A stretch of DNA of 32,654 bases from positions 1-32,654 of the IMG/VR virus record IMGVR_UViG_3300045988_125832; one strand, 5' to 3'. Below, piece after piece: positions 13,414 to 22,786 of the stretch (positions are counted from its first letter, which is position 1; each line of letters opens with the position of its first letter). The stretch is from a virus. Under the pieces are notes generated by a model. The model made no database searches, was not told where the DNA came from, and worked only from the letters and a program-made list of their open reading frames with translations. Made by a program: the position numbers and the translations under genes.

Positions 13414-13454
13414 TAAAAAACGGCGGAAACCCTTGATTCTACGTGGTTTCCGCC
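13414..13454 (-). terminator. Rho-independent terminator after the tail/receptor-binding operon
   Basis: ggcggaaacc (13422-13431) / ggtttccgcc (13445-13454). The A6 run at 13415-13420 gives a U-tract on the minus strand. Confidence 0.7.
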
Positions 13455-13608
13455 AAATAAAAAAGATGCCCAGAGCCAGCGTTTCCCTTTCTTCCTATTA
13501 TAATGCACATATATGCAAATGTACGAAAATAAGCCGTTTTTTAACAATTCTCAATACATGATCTATGCATATATGCGCACTTTTTTTGCACACCTGCTGC
13601 ACACCAAC

Positions 13609-14940
13609 TCACTCTTGTTGAATCGTATATGTCACTTTCATAGTCTTATCTGCCGTCTTTGTAACTGGCTTGTCCAGGTTGCTGATTGTTGCTAGATAGT
13701 TTTTTAGATAAGTGGTATATATTCTTCCGGAGTCATTTACAGTCATTTTATTTATTCCATTATTTATTATATACGGACGGGAACTATCATATTGCTTTAA
13801 CTTTGACAATTTCATGCTTTTTGTTATACAATCAAATATAGCAATACGATTATTATTCGTCACATAGATTTTTCCGTTGCTATTTGCTATTTTGTTCAGA
13901 TATATATAATTCATTTTTGTTTCATATTCATGCACATCTGTCGGATTTTTGGTATTGATCTCGTACAGTTTTTTGTTACTGTCACTTATGTATATATATT
14001 CATTATATGCATCTATTCCACCATCATTATACCAATTTGTCTGTGTGTTATTAGTTATATCAATCCGCTGCATTGTCATGTCCGTTATATCTAGTTTAAA
14101 GACTTGTAATGTTTTATTCTTATACGTTACACCTTTGTTTATGAAATAAATATATCTCCCATCATTACATGTGCGGCTCAAAGTTGACAATCCGTCAATC
14201 TCCATATCGATTTGTTCATAGCTAATTTTATTTATGTCTTGCGTTTTATTTTTTTCTATATTAAACGGACTAAATGTTGATATCTCTGATGCATATTTAT
14301 ATACCTTAAACTTGTTAGCACTTAAACTTCCACCATAGATATACTGAGAGTCTATATAGAAAGTGGTTATTCCATCTATCGGTTCTCTTGCATTGCACAG
14401 ACTGTAATCTCCATCTATATATTTGTTAACATTTGTAAGCTCACTTATACCAGCATCTCCAAACCCACATAGTCCCATGTCTCTATGTGTTAATGCTGCA
14501 GCCGCAATCACACCATTTCCCTGGTTGGTTGTCCAGTCGTATACATATGTCATTTTTTTGCTTGGCCAGTCAGCTACACTTTCTTTCTGATTATAGCTCC
14601 CCTGCGTCAACGCCTCATCAGCATTTGCTACATTAAATGCACCACAAGCCGTAGCCTCTATTCCGCCCGGCAATGTTGTTGCATCATCAGGTATTTCTTT
14701 GTCCGTTAATACTATACCACCAAATGCAACCTCTGTTGTTGGACATAATTCGTCCATTACTTTTCCTACGTTTAGATAATATCCATTATTGCTGAACATT
14801 TTTCCCAAAGCGTCAGTCATGTGATTGTCATGCTCAATCACTTCGGTTTCTCTGCATCCCCGAAGTTCCAAGCGCACATGTCCGTGAAACTTCGGTACCT
14901 GAATTTTGTTGATATAAATATTTTTGAGTATTGATTCCAT
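13609..14940 (-). CDS. Receptor-binding / tail fibre protein with beta-propeller-like repeats
   Basis: Last gene of the tail operon. Recurring YIY blades (QYIYGGS, RYIYFINKG, EYIYISDSNKKLYEIN, NYIYLNK..GKIYVTNNN). Confidence 0.6.
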   Translation of the reverse strand: MESILKNIYINKIQVPKFHGHVRLELRGCRETEVIEHDNHMTDALGKMFSNNGYYLNVGKVMDELCPTTEVAFGGIVLTDKEIPDDATTLPGGIEATACGAFNVANADEALTQGSYNQKESVADWPSKKMTYVYDWTTNQGNGVIAAAALTHRDMGLCGFGDAGISELTNVNKYIDGDYSLCNAREPIDGITTFYIDSQYIYGGSLSANKFKVYKYASEISTFSPFNIEKNKTQDINKISYEQIDMEIDGLSTLSRTCNDGRYIYFINKGVTYKNKTLQVFKLDITDMTMQRIDITNNTQTNWYNDGGIDAYNEYIYISDSNKKLYEINTKNPTDVHEYETKMNYIYLNKIANSNGKIYVTNNNRIAIFDCITKSMKLSKLKQYDSSRPYIINNGINKMTVNDSGRIYTTYLKNYLATISNLDKPVTKTADKTMKVTYTIQQE

Positions 14941-14941
14941 C

Positions 14942-17407
14942 TTATTCCTCCTCGTCGTTTTTAAACTGATACTGAAACTCTGTCAAGCTATCTTCCACAG
15001 ACGATACTATGAATCCAATCGTAAGTATCTTTGATTGTCCTACACTCTCATATGCATGTAACATACTTCCTTCTAATGCATCCGTCAAAGTTTCTTCTTC
15101 CGTCCAGGTCATGCCTGCATCATAGGATAGCTTAACTTTTATACCTTCATGGATTGCTGTTGCTCCGGTGATTCCATAGATACTTACATCCGACATATCA
15201 CACGTTGCCTGTACGATCTGTGCATGCGGTACCGCCGTGATCGTAATCATTGTATCTAGGATTGTGTCAGCTGCAGTCCATTTGTATATGTTCGGTGATT
15301 CTAGTTGCAAGATATAGTCCGATGCTGGTGCTGCATCTAATCCATATGTTTCAAAGTCTGCTGCCTGTAAATCGCCGGATAGAGTTATTTCACACAGCGC
15401 ATCATCCTGAATCGTGTAATGCTTGTCTTCCGACCAGAGCAGATACTTCACAACCTGTTCTGTTGCGCTCTCAGCATCCGAGTTTCCACTCTCACTTACA
15501 GAATCGATCACATCACTGACAACAACACTCTGGATTGATTCAAATTCTGTTGAGTCCAAATCGACAACATTCATCATTCCGCGGTCTATGTTCTGATTTA
15601 CTGACTTGTTTACAAATTCTGTTGCAAGTCTGAACGCTCCACCTTCATTTGATACATACCTTGACGAATATGTGCACTCGCTGTCTGTTGTAAAAGTCCA
15701 GCTCACGATTCCCCAGCCTATTTCTGTCTTATCAAGCAAATTCCCAACTGTTGTTATATCATCCAATTGAACGGTCTGGAGCTGTTCTTCTACGATGTTT
15801 TTATCTACATCTATCATATCTGCAACAACCGTACATATCAGATCTTTTGACACAGTGAGAGAATCCAATACTGCAATTTGGGTAAGTTTCTCTTCTACTG
15901 TGATGAATCCATCCCATTCGACTGTACCAACCAATCCCTGACCATAGATAACCGCACGTACCGCCCCCTGCGCTATCGCTATACTGCCACCGGCAATGTT
16001 TAACTTTACAATCCATCGATTGATGGAGTTTTCTTCAATCATAAGCATATACATCAAACTCAGTATATGCTTTCCGTTTTTCCATGTCTCTGTCGGATTA
16101 TATCCTATGATTGTTACTTCATTCAGCGTATACTCGATTGATCCGATCACATCTTCTTCTGCAGTTGCATCAAGCAGTACTTCTGCTTGAAAAAGCACGC
16201 CTATTGAGACGGACGATGTGAAACGGATATCTATGATTGCCTTTGACTCGCCGTCGCCGATCTGGATTGCACTCGCATTCTCATAATTAAAAAATAATAT
16301 CTCATTTGTTGATACGTTATTCCGTAGCCCTTCCAGATTCTTATCCGTCTTACTCTTCGCGCTTGCAAGCGCTGGATCCGATCCGAAGCCGGTAATCTTA
16401 TATCCTTTATTGAATGTATAATCATACATCATCACACATCCAAGCTTTCCCGGAGCGATACCATCCGTGCACCGGATGATATCGCCAAGGTCATACATCG
16501 CCCCACACAGGCAACCTGTCTCGAATGGCACATAGTCTATTTTCAAAAGTGCATCCAGCACCGCGCGCCGGATCTGCTCTTTGTAACTGTCTACACCATA
16601 TTGCAGAAACGGATTCGATCCAAGATTGTATGTCAGATAATTATCTGGATCAGATCCATAATAGCTTGTAGTGTTGTTTTCCATATTCACACAGGATAAT
16701 CCAGAGTAGCGTGTCTCAAACTTACTGAACTTTGAGCCGGTAAACCGTTCATGATTCGTAAGTGTATCAACAACATTCTGCGTGTAGCTTCTAAGTACAA
16801 GCTTTCCTTCGCGATCCATCGTCGCAATGGTACCTGTTGCCTGTGCTACCCAGAATACAAAATCCTGCCATGTCTCGATATCATTCTCTGTATAAAGCGA
16901 AAGACTCTCCGTTCCGTTCGGAAGTGCATCTACATCTGCCTGTGTCAGTCCCAACTCTACCTCACAGGTTGTGCAAGCAAGCGTTAACAACTCATATGGT
17001 GTGCCAATTGTAATATCTACCGTACAGGATCGATTGAAGCGAGCCATGTTGTCATATGCTGTGATATCAACGCCATACTCCGTGTCATTTGCTTCTGATA
17101 CTGTATAGACGCCAAGCGGTACATCTTCCCATGCGGTACCGCCAATCAAGAGTCCTTCTGATACTATGATCTGTGCATTCGTCCAATCTGGCACCTGCAG
17201 ATCCGGCTTGAATGTGCACTTCAACTCTCCTATGTACACACTGCCGATCTTGACATCGTTCTGCTCGCTGCACTGATTCGTTATCGTGAAGGAACCGCTT
17301 AATATGTCATGATTGGTAAATGCGATCTTATTTACTGTTCCGGCCAGGCGGAACGTCTGTACTTTTCTTTTTGTTTGTTTCAGATATTCTTCTGATACCT
17401 GATACAT
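14942..17407 (-). CDS. Tail-associated (Tal-like) baseplate hub / minor structural protein
   Basis: 821 aa, at the position after the TMP and Dit-like genes. Start moved to ATG 17407 (AAGGAGG SD). Confidence 0.6.
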   Translation of the reverse strand: MYQVSEEYLKQTKRKVQTFRLAGTVNKIAFTNHDILSGSFTITNQCSEQNDVKIGSVYIGELKCTFKPDLQVPDWTNAQIIVSEGLLIGGTAWEDVPLGVYTVSEANDTEYGVDITAYDNMARFNRSCTVDITIGTPYELLTLACTTCEVELGLTQADVDALPNGTESLSLYTENDIETWQDFVFWVAQATGTIATMDREGKLVLRSYTQNVVDTLTNHERFTGSKFSKFETRYSGLSCVNMENNTTSYYGSDPDNYLTYNLGSNPFLQYGVDSYKEQIRRAVLDALLKIDYVPFETGCLCGAMYDLGDIIRCTDGIAPGKLGCVMMYDYTFNKGYKITGFGSDPALASAKSKTDKNLEGLRNNVSTNEILFFNYENASAIQIGDGESKAIIDIRFTSSVSIGVLFQAEVLLDATAEEDVIGSIEYTLNEVTIIGYNPTETWKNGKHILSLMYMLMIEENSINRWIVKLNIAGGSIAIAQGAVRAVIYGQGLVGTVEWDGFITVEEKLTQIAVLDSLTVSKDLICTVVADMIDVDKNIVEEQLQTVQLDDITTVGNLLDKTEIGWGIVSWTFTTDSECTYSSRYVSNEGGAFRLATEFVNKSVNQNIDRGMMNVVDLDSTEFESIQSVVVSDVIDSVSESGNSDAESATEQVVKYLLWSEDKHYTIQDDALCEITLSGDLQAADFETYGLDAAPASDYILQLESPNIYKWTAADTILDTMITITAVPHAQIVQATCDMSDVSIYGITGATAIHEGIKVKLSYDAGMTWTEEETLTDALEGSMLHAYESVGQSKILTIGFIVSSVEDSLTEFQYQFKNDEEE

Positions 17408-17424
17408 GCTACCGCCTCCTTGCT

Positions 17425-17772
17425 TTATAACTCTTCCGCGCCGAAAGATACCGTCCAATACCCTTGTGTGTTCTGGCTATATTCCGAATTCTTCTCCAAA
17501 TCGCAATCAATACTCTCAATCCGCACCGTATACTCCGCTTCATCAATCTGCAGTTTTACCGACTGCATCTTTGCATATCCAAGCATCTTGTTCTTCCATC
17601 TTGAAGATACCTGGAACTTCAACGAGCCGGAGTATTTTCCGGCTCGCACGTCAATTGCAAGATCATCCCCTGCTTCTGACTGAAATGTATTTGATACTTT
17701 GCTGAAGCTCTCTGAATAATCGATTGGATTTGGTACACGTTCGCCATTGATTTTTACATATTTGTTCAGCAT
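17425..17772 (-). CDS. Distal-tail-protein-like small tail protein
   Basis: Gene immediately after the TMP. At 115 aa it is shorter than a typical Dit. Confidence 0.45.
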   Translation of the reverse strand: MLNKYVKINGERVPNPIDYSESFSKVSNTFQSEAGDDLAIDVRAGKYSGSLKFQVSSRWKNKMLGYAKMQSVKLQIDEAEYTVRIESIDCDLEKNSEYSQNTQGYWTVSFGAEEL

Positions 17773-20222
17773 TATCTTCCTCCTGATCTGTAATTATTGA
17801 TCTGGTTCGCACGTACAATGATGTCATTTAATTTTGACTGACCGATATATACCGGGATCACAATATCTCCTGCTGCCATCGCTGTCTGATTACCTGCAAG
17901 TGCGGCTTTCATCTCACGTGCCACGGCCGCAATCCATTTCTCGTTTTGATCAAGCGGAACAACCGCCTCCGCGCCATTACCTTCCAGCAAACCGACCTGT
18001 CCTTTTGCAAGCACGCCGCCTCGTTCCAGTTGTGGTACTCCAAGCTTACTGATCTTCGACAGGCTGACGCCCGGAATCTTGTTGATCACACCGATCACGG
18101 CATTGATCGCACCGATGAAGCCGTTTATGATACCGATTGCCTTGGATAAGACAAAATTAACGGCTGTTTTTACCGCCCCGGAAATCGCATTGCCGATTGC
18201 CATACCTGCACTTTTGAAGATACCTGTTACAGAGTTCCACACACCTGAAAAGAAACTGCCTAATCGATTGAAGATACTTGTTATGCCATTCCACGCCTGT
18301 TGGAATATGCCTGTGAAGAAACTTCCAACCGTGCTGAATACATTCCGTATGCTTGACCATGCATTTGTCGCGACGGACACGATCCCAGTCCATATGCCTG
18401 TAAAGAAGCTTCCAATCGCCTGAAAAGCAGATGTGAAGAATTCCTTAAACGCAGTGACAAGCTGGGACACTTTCTCACAGAAAGATTCCCATACAAACTG
18501 TGCCACCTCAACGATTGCATCCCAATTCTTTATAACTACGATAATTGCAGTAATCACCGCAATAACAGCTGCTGCAATCAGCAGAAACGGACCGATTGCA
18601 GTGACAACCCCGGTAATGGCCGGAATCATGGTTCCTGTAATAAACGTAGATGCGGTACCCATCCATGTTGTGATAGAACCGACTAAAGACACTATCTGAC
18701 CGCCATAAAATATAACCTTTCCTACCGAATTTATAAGAGTTCCTATCAATGCTATTAACGGTCCAATTACCGCCACAACACCTGCAATCGCTATAATATG
18801 CTGTTGCTGAGAATCTGACAAACTATTCCATTTTTCGCCCAATCCTCGTATTTTTTCTGAAATATTCTCTAATATCGGTGCTAACATAGATGCAAGCGTT
18901 GCTCCTACCTCGCTTGCCGCAACCTTTACGGTATTCATAGTTGTTTTCAGTTTGTCTGTATCATCAAGCATTGCATCATATGTCGTATTTACATTTCCTA
19001 TATTGTCTGTCATTGATGCACTTAATTCCTGAAAACTAAGTGATCCACTCTTGCATGCTTGATAAACTGCAGCTCCTGCTTTTGTACCAAACAAATCATA
19101 TGCCGCCTGCAAACCCTCTGTTTCTGTTTTTGCATCAACCATACTTGATTGAATCTCAGCCAATGCTTCATCTAAAGGTTTTCCATCAGCCGTTGCATTC
19201 TTTAATGCCTTCGACAGGCCACTCATAACCTGTGATGTATCTGCACCAGACATTTCTACTTTACCGAGAAAATTTGCACTTGATGCTGCATTCAATCCCA
19301 TCTGTTGCATTGCTGCAGAATTCGTAACCATAAGAGACGCAAGTGTGTCTACACTAATACCCGTCGCTTGTCCCGTTGCATTTAATGTGTCAAGCAAACC
19401 ACCCGTATGACTAATGTCTACATTGTACGCGGCCATTACCTTTTGAACATTATCAATAGATCCTGATACATCTGTATCATTCAGTTCTGCAAATTTAATA
19501 AACCGTGTAGACAAGTCTTCCAACGTAGAACCCGTCACACCAAATCTTGTATTGACTTCACCTACTGCTGCCCCTGCTGTCTCGAAAGATGTTGGAATAT
19601 CCTGTGCAATTTTTTTTGCAACATCTTCAAAACCTTCTAATGTCTTTCCTGTTGCACCAGTTTTTTTCACAATAATATCCATTCCAGCATCTACTTCATT
19701 AAACGCTGCAATAGACGCTGTGCCAGCGGCAACAATTGGTGCTGTAACATTTTTTGTCATGCTACTTCCAAAACTATTGATTGAACTTCCAACATCCTGT
19801 ACTTTTGTACCTACTTCCTGTATCTGTGCACCTGCTGCCTGCATCTGGCTTCCAAGCACCGACGCGGATTGTCTTGCCTGTTTCTCCAGGTCTTCCAGAT
19901 TCTTCGTCGTCGTGACAATCTCTGCCTGTAGCGCATCATATTCGCCCTGTGTGATATTTCCAAGCTCCAGCTCTTTCTTAGCTGATTCCGCCGCCTGCTT
20001 TTCCATATCCAGCTTTTCTTTTGTCTCTTTAATGACCTCATTCAAGGCATTCTGCTTTGCTTTAAGCAGATCTACATTCTTCGGATCCAGCTTCAGGGCC
20101 TTCTCCATTGCTTTCAAATTGCTTTGTGTAGATTTGATTTCCGCATTTGCTGATTTCAGTGCCTTTGTAAGTCCTGTTGTCTTTCCATCAATCTCAATCG
20201 TTATTCCTTTGATCTGTCCCAC
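17772..20222 (-). CDS. Tape measure protein
   Basis: 816 aa with a coiled-coil N-terminus, a hydrophobic Gly/Ala-rich core and GSFFTGI-type tandem repeats. GTG start after GGAGGTG. Confidence 0.9.
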   Translation of the reverse strand: MGQIKGITIEIDGKTTGLTKALKSANAEIKSTQSNLKAMEKALKLDPKNVDLLKAKQNALNEVIKETKEKLDMEKQAAESAKKELELGNITQGEYDALQAEIVTTTKNLEDLEKQARQSASVLGSQMQAAGAQIQEVGTKVQDVGSSINSFGSSMTKNVTAPIVAAGTASIAAFNEVDAGMDIIVKKTGATGKTLEGFEDVAKKIAQDIPTSFETAGAAVGEVNTRFGVTGSTLEDLSTRFIKFAELNDTDVSGSIDNVQKVMAAYNVDISHTGGLLDTLNATGQATGISVDTLASLMVTNSAAMQQMGLNAASSANFLGKVEMSGADTSQVMSGLSKALKNATADGKPLDEALAEIQSSMVDAKTETEGLQAAYDLFGTKAGAAVYQACKSGSLSFQELSASMTDNIGNVNTTYDAMLDDTDKLKTTMNTVKVAASEVGATLASMLAPILENISEKIRGLGEKWNSLSDSQQQHIIAIAGVVAVIGPLIALIGTLINSVGKVIFYGGQIVSLVGSITTWMGTASTFITGTMIPAITGVVTAIGPFLLIAAAVIAVITAIIVVIKNWDAIVEVAQFVWESFCEKVSQLVTAFKEFFTSAFQAIGSFFTGIWTGIVSVATNAWSSIRNVFSTVGSFFTGIFQQAWNGITSIFNRLGSFFSGVWNSVTGIFKSAGMAIGNAISGAVKTAVNFVLSKAIGIINGFIGAINAVIGVINKIPGVSLSKISKLGVPQLERGGVLAKGQVGLLEGNGAEAVVPLDQNEKWIAAVAREMKAALAGNQTAMAAGDIVIPVYIGQSKLNDIIVRANQINNYRSGGR

Positions 20223-20234
20223 GTAGCCACCTCC

Positions 20235-20773
20235 TTACATAGCTGCAAATTTATCAAAGTCATCCTGCGTCGCCTTGAGTGGATAGTTATATGTGTCATT
20301 GCTACTCTCAATCATCATGTCTAGCACATCTCCATGTGTTAACTCCTCAAGGTCCTGCATAGATATGTGTAGTGAAAAAGCCCGCAGCATAAAGATGTTT
20401 GTATTCATCTCCCTTACTGTGGGCTTTGGTCTTTTTTTAGTTCACTTGTGGTCGTAATATTGCGATTCCATACATTCAGGATGGATGTGATTGCCGCAGG
20501 ATCCTGGAAGTCTGCTTCCTCAAATTCTTCCATCCATGCAATATACCCTTCTTCTGAAGCTTCTTTAATCTCCTTCCGGTTCTGCATGTTCATCACATAC
20601 GCAAGCTTCGATGTATATTCAATCGCATCAAGTTTGTCTACGTCTTCTACGTTTTCCAACTTGGCAAGATCTTTTAACAGCTCGCGCTTAAATATCTGCT
20701 TATATCGAATCGCAGTCGCTGCGTTGCTCTCAACTGCCACCTCTCTCTTCCCAATTCTGATCACTGATCTCAT
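20235..20773 (-). CDS. Tail assembly chaperone G-T fusion via -1 programmed frameshift
   Basis: The A AAA AAA G slippery run lies 5 codons before the G stop. The -1 frame is open and in frame with ORF 20408..20235. Confidence 0.6.
20414..20773 (-). CDS. Tail assembly chaperone (G-like)
   Basis: Sits between the major tail and TMP genes. GGAGGA SD. Confidence 0.7.
   Translation of the reverse strand: MRSVIRIGKREVAVESNAATAIRYKQIFKRELLKDLAKLENVEDVDKLDAIEYTSKLAYVMNMQNRKEIKEASEEGYIAWMEEFEEADFQDPAAITSILNVWNRNITTTSELKKDQSPQ
20432..20438 (-). other. Heptanucleotide slippery site (A7 on the minus strand)
   Basis: Plus strand reads ctttttttag. In the zero frame this is CTA AAA AAA GAC. Confidence 0.6.
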
Positions 20774-20789
20774 AGTATCCTCCGTTTCT

Positions 20790-20805
20790 GTTGCACCGGT
20801 GCAAC
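20790..20805. repeat. Perfect 16-bp palindrome GTTGCACCGGTGCAAC, copy 3 of 3
   Basis: Exact string followed by TTT, 6 nt upstream of the chaperone gene SD. Confidence 0.95.
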
Positions 20806-20865
20806 TTTATATTTTGCAAGAAAAATGGGACGGTATCTTCTACCATCCCATTTCAATGATTGATA

Positions 20866-21486
20866 TTAACCTGCTGCCTGTTCTGATGCAGTCGGCTCCC
20901 ATACTTTTGTATACCAGCTCTTATACACTTCATCTGTTGTATTTGATCCGGTTGTTGCCTTAACCAGATTCTTTTCCTTGCCATTGATCACATTGACATC
21001 CGGACGTGGTGCAGCCGTAATTGTCACAGATTCTGTCACCGGCTCCGTGCTATCTTCTTTTGTCTGGGACGCAACGGAGTGTCGTGTCAGTGAGCAACGA
21101 TACAGTACATGTCTGCGTGCCTTTTTATCTCCTGAAAACTCAAACAAAAGAGCAATATACTTCTGTTCGTCTGTCGAAGATTCAACAAACACACCATCGA
21201 CTTCTTCCTGTCCCATCACCTCAGTTTCCACGTCCTCCGGTACAAGTGCAGATTCAAAATCTCCCTCATAGCCGGAATTGCTTGACAATACGGCATACGC
21301 GGTATCATCCGCATAAAACGTGTTGGATTCTCCGGACGGATCAAGCGATAAACTTACTGCTCCCGGCCATTTCTTTGGCGTACTGTATGTACTCTTGATC
21401 GTTCCATCCTCCTGCTCCGTCTCTGTGATAATCGCATAATGTGTATTTTTCAATCCAAACTTAATCTTATTTTTTTCTTTACCCAT
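20866..21486 (-). CDS. Major tail protein (phi13-type)
   Basis: MGKEKNKIKFGLKNTHYAIITE N-terminus. Start moved to ATG 21486 (GGAGG SD). Confidence 0.8.
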   Translation of the reverse strand: MGKEKNKIKFGLKNTHYAIITETEQEDGTIKSTYSTPKKWPGAVSLSLDPSGESNTFYADDTAYAVLSSNSGYEGDFESALVPEDVETEVMGQEEVDGVFVESSTDEQKYIALLFEFSGDKKARRHVLYRCSLTRHSVASQTKEDSTEPVTESVTITAAPRPDVNVINGKEKNLVKATTGSNTTDEVYKSWYTKVWEPTASEQAAG

Positions 21487-21488
21487 CT

Positions 21489-21803
21489 TTATATTACCTC
21501 CGCTTCGTATATGGTCATAAATACTTTCTGCTCGTTCTCGAACTCGTCTGTCATGCTCCACGGAATTTCCGCTTCGTCCAAGGCACTTTCGATCAACGCC
21601 TCCAGCTTCTCATCCTTCTTCGTACTATGCAGCACAGCACGCAATGAACTGATTTTCTGATATACCTTGTCATCTGCGAAGAAGTTATTGTCAGCATGGC
21701 ATGTGTATGTAACGTATGGTACTTTGGTGCCTACAGGTGCATGGTCATAGTGTACAGTCACACCCGGTACCGACAAGACTTTCTTTACATCTGCAATCGT
21801 CAT
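21489..21803 (-). CDS. Tail completion / terminator-like protein
   Basis: Position between the HK97 gp10-like and major tail genes. Confidence 0.5.
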   Translation of the reverse strand: MTIADVKKVLSVPGVTVHYDHAPVGTKVPYVTYTCHADNNFFADDKVYQKISSLRAVLHSTKKDEKLEALIESALDEAEIPWSMTDEFENEQKVFMTIYEAEVI

Positions 21804-22195
21804 CCTTTTTCCACCTGCCTTTTGAATTCTTCCGGAAACTCATCCTGCGCCCAGGCTTCCACCGGAGCAATATGCACGTGCGCAGCGGCGTGTCCTCGCA
21901 CTTCTCCGTTGATGATGATGTCATGTCCGTTCTCAAGAAGATGTGTCAGCTGGTACTGCTCGTTATACACAGTCATTCCTTCTGATGTTTTCTTGTATTT
22001 CCATCCATTTTTGTACTTTTTTCCTCTTTTTGCACGCTTGTTTTTGGGTGAGGTCTTTTTCAGCTTCTTTACAGCTTCCTCGGCTGTTTTCTCCGCTGCC
22101 GTATCAACCGCAGTGTGCACATGATGCTCAAACGCCGAAAAAATCGATTGTAATTCCATATCAAGCTGTCCAATTTTAATCGTCTTGTTCGACAT
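21800..22195 (-). CDS. HK97 gp10-like neck / tail-component protein
   Basis: Position, size, and the LLENGH...HAAAHVHIAP motif region. Confidence 0.6.
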   Translation of the reverse strand: MSNKTIKIGQLDMELQSIFSAFEHHVHTAVDTAAEKTAEEAVKKLKKTSPKNKRAKRGKKYKNGWKYKKTSEGMTVYNEQYQLTHLLENGHDIIINGEVRGHAAAHVHIAPVEAWAQDEFPEEFKRQVEKG

Positions 22196-22499
22196 ACGTC
22201 ACCCCTGCTTTCTCTTCGGCATACAGCTCGATCGTATCGGAATCTGTACGCTCATAGGTGCGATAGATCCCATATACCTTGTCTTTGTACTTCACAAGCT
22301 CTTCGCCGTTGTAATTTACCTTATCTGTGTCAAAGCGATACTTCGGATTCATACCGACCTGCCCGGCTTTGAAGAATTCCTGGCGATCAACAGACTGTAC
22401 TTTGCATATTACTGCACGCTCGGTCTTCTCAACGACAACCGGATTGCCGATATCATCTGTCCCAGTCTTAACCGCGATCAATATGATTTCATCATCCAT
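22176..22499 (-). CDS. Head closure / head-tail adaptor protein
   Basis: Position and size, within an overlapping gene chain. Confidence 0.6.
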   Translation of the reverse strand: MDDEIILIAVKTGTDDIGNPVVVEKTERAVICKVQSVDRQEFFKAGQVGMNPKYRFDTDKVNYNGEELVKYKDKVYGIYRTYERTDSDTIELYAEEKAGVTYVEQDD

Positions 22500-22776
22500 C
22501 TTCTGTCCTCGCTTTCTGCGACAACAGGCGGTTATTCAGCGCATACCGGAGCATCCGCGGCATACCCTCGCCGGTTGTCCGCTGCCGCCATTTCCACGCG
22601 GCATAGCTTATGATCAGCTCCTCATCATCTACAGGCGGCTCCGGCGAGAAGGTGATACCCTCCCGCTCTATCTCCGTCTGTGCTGCCTGCAGATACCGTG
22701 TCAGCCGCTGATCGTACACCTCAGCCGATATGCCGAGGTCAATCTTCAACATCGTCAATCTATCTGCATCTGTCAT
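22492..22776 (-). CDS. gp6-like head-tail connector protein
   Basis: First gene after the capsid gene. LKIDLGIS...D..L..YL.AA N-terminus typical of the family. Confidence 0.65.
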   Translation of the reverse strand: MTDADRLTMLKIDLGISAEVYDQRLTRYLQAAQTEIEREGITFSPEPPVDDEELIISYAAWKWRQRTTGEGMPRMLRYALNNRLLSQKARTEDG

Positions 22777-22786
22777 ACGCTACCTC

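Noticed and set aside
13376-13695. Plus-strand ORFs 13376..13561 and 13513..13695 in the int-tail intergenic region
   Set aside because: They have no SD and give basic, low-complexity products. They overlap the terminator and the tail-fibre gene end, and the region is more likely attP or regulatory.
17900-18500. Tandem GSFFTGI/W-type repeats as an independent repeat element
   Set aside because: These are in-frame protein repeats typical of tape measure proteins, not a separate DNA feature.
19552-20226. 224-aa plus-strand ORF (and others at 18079..18423 and 18433..18699) antisense to the tape measure gene
   Set aside because: These are mirror ORFs of a long, biased (Ala/Gly/Ser/Thr-rich) gene. 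They have low-complexity Ser/Phe/Ala-rich products, no SD and no promoter. The minus-strand TMP is unambiguous.
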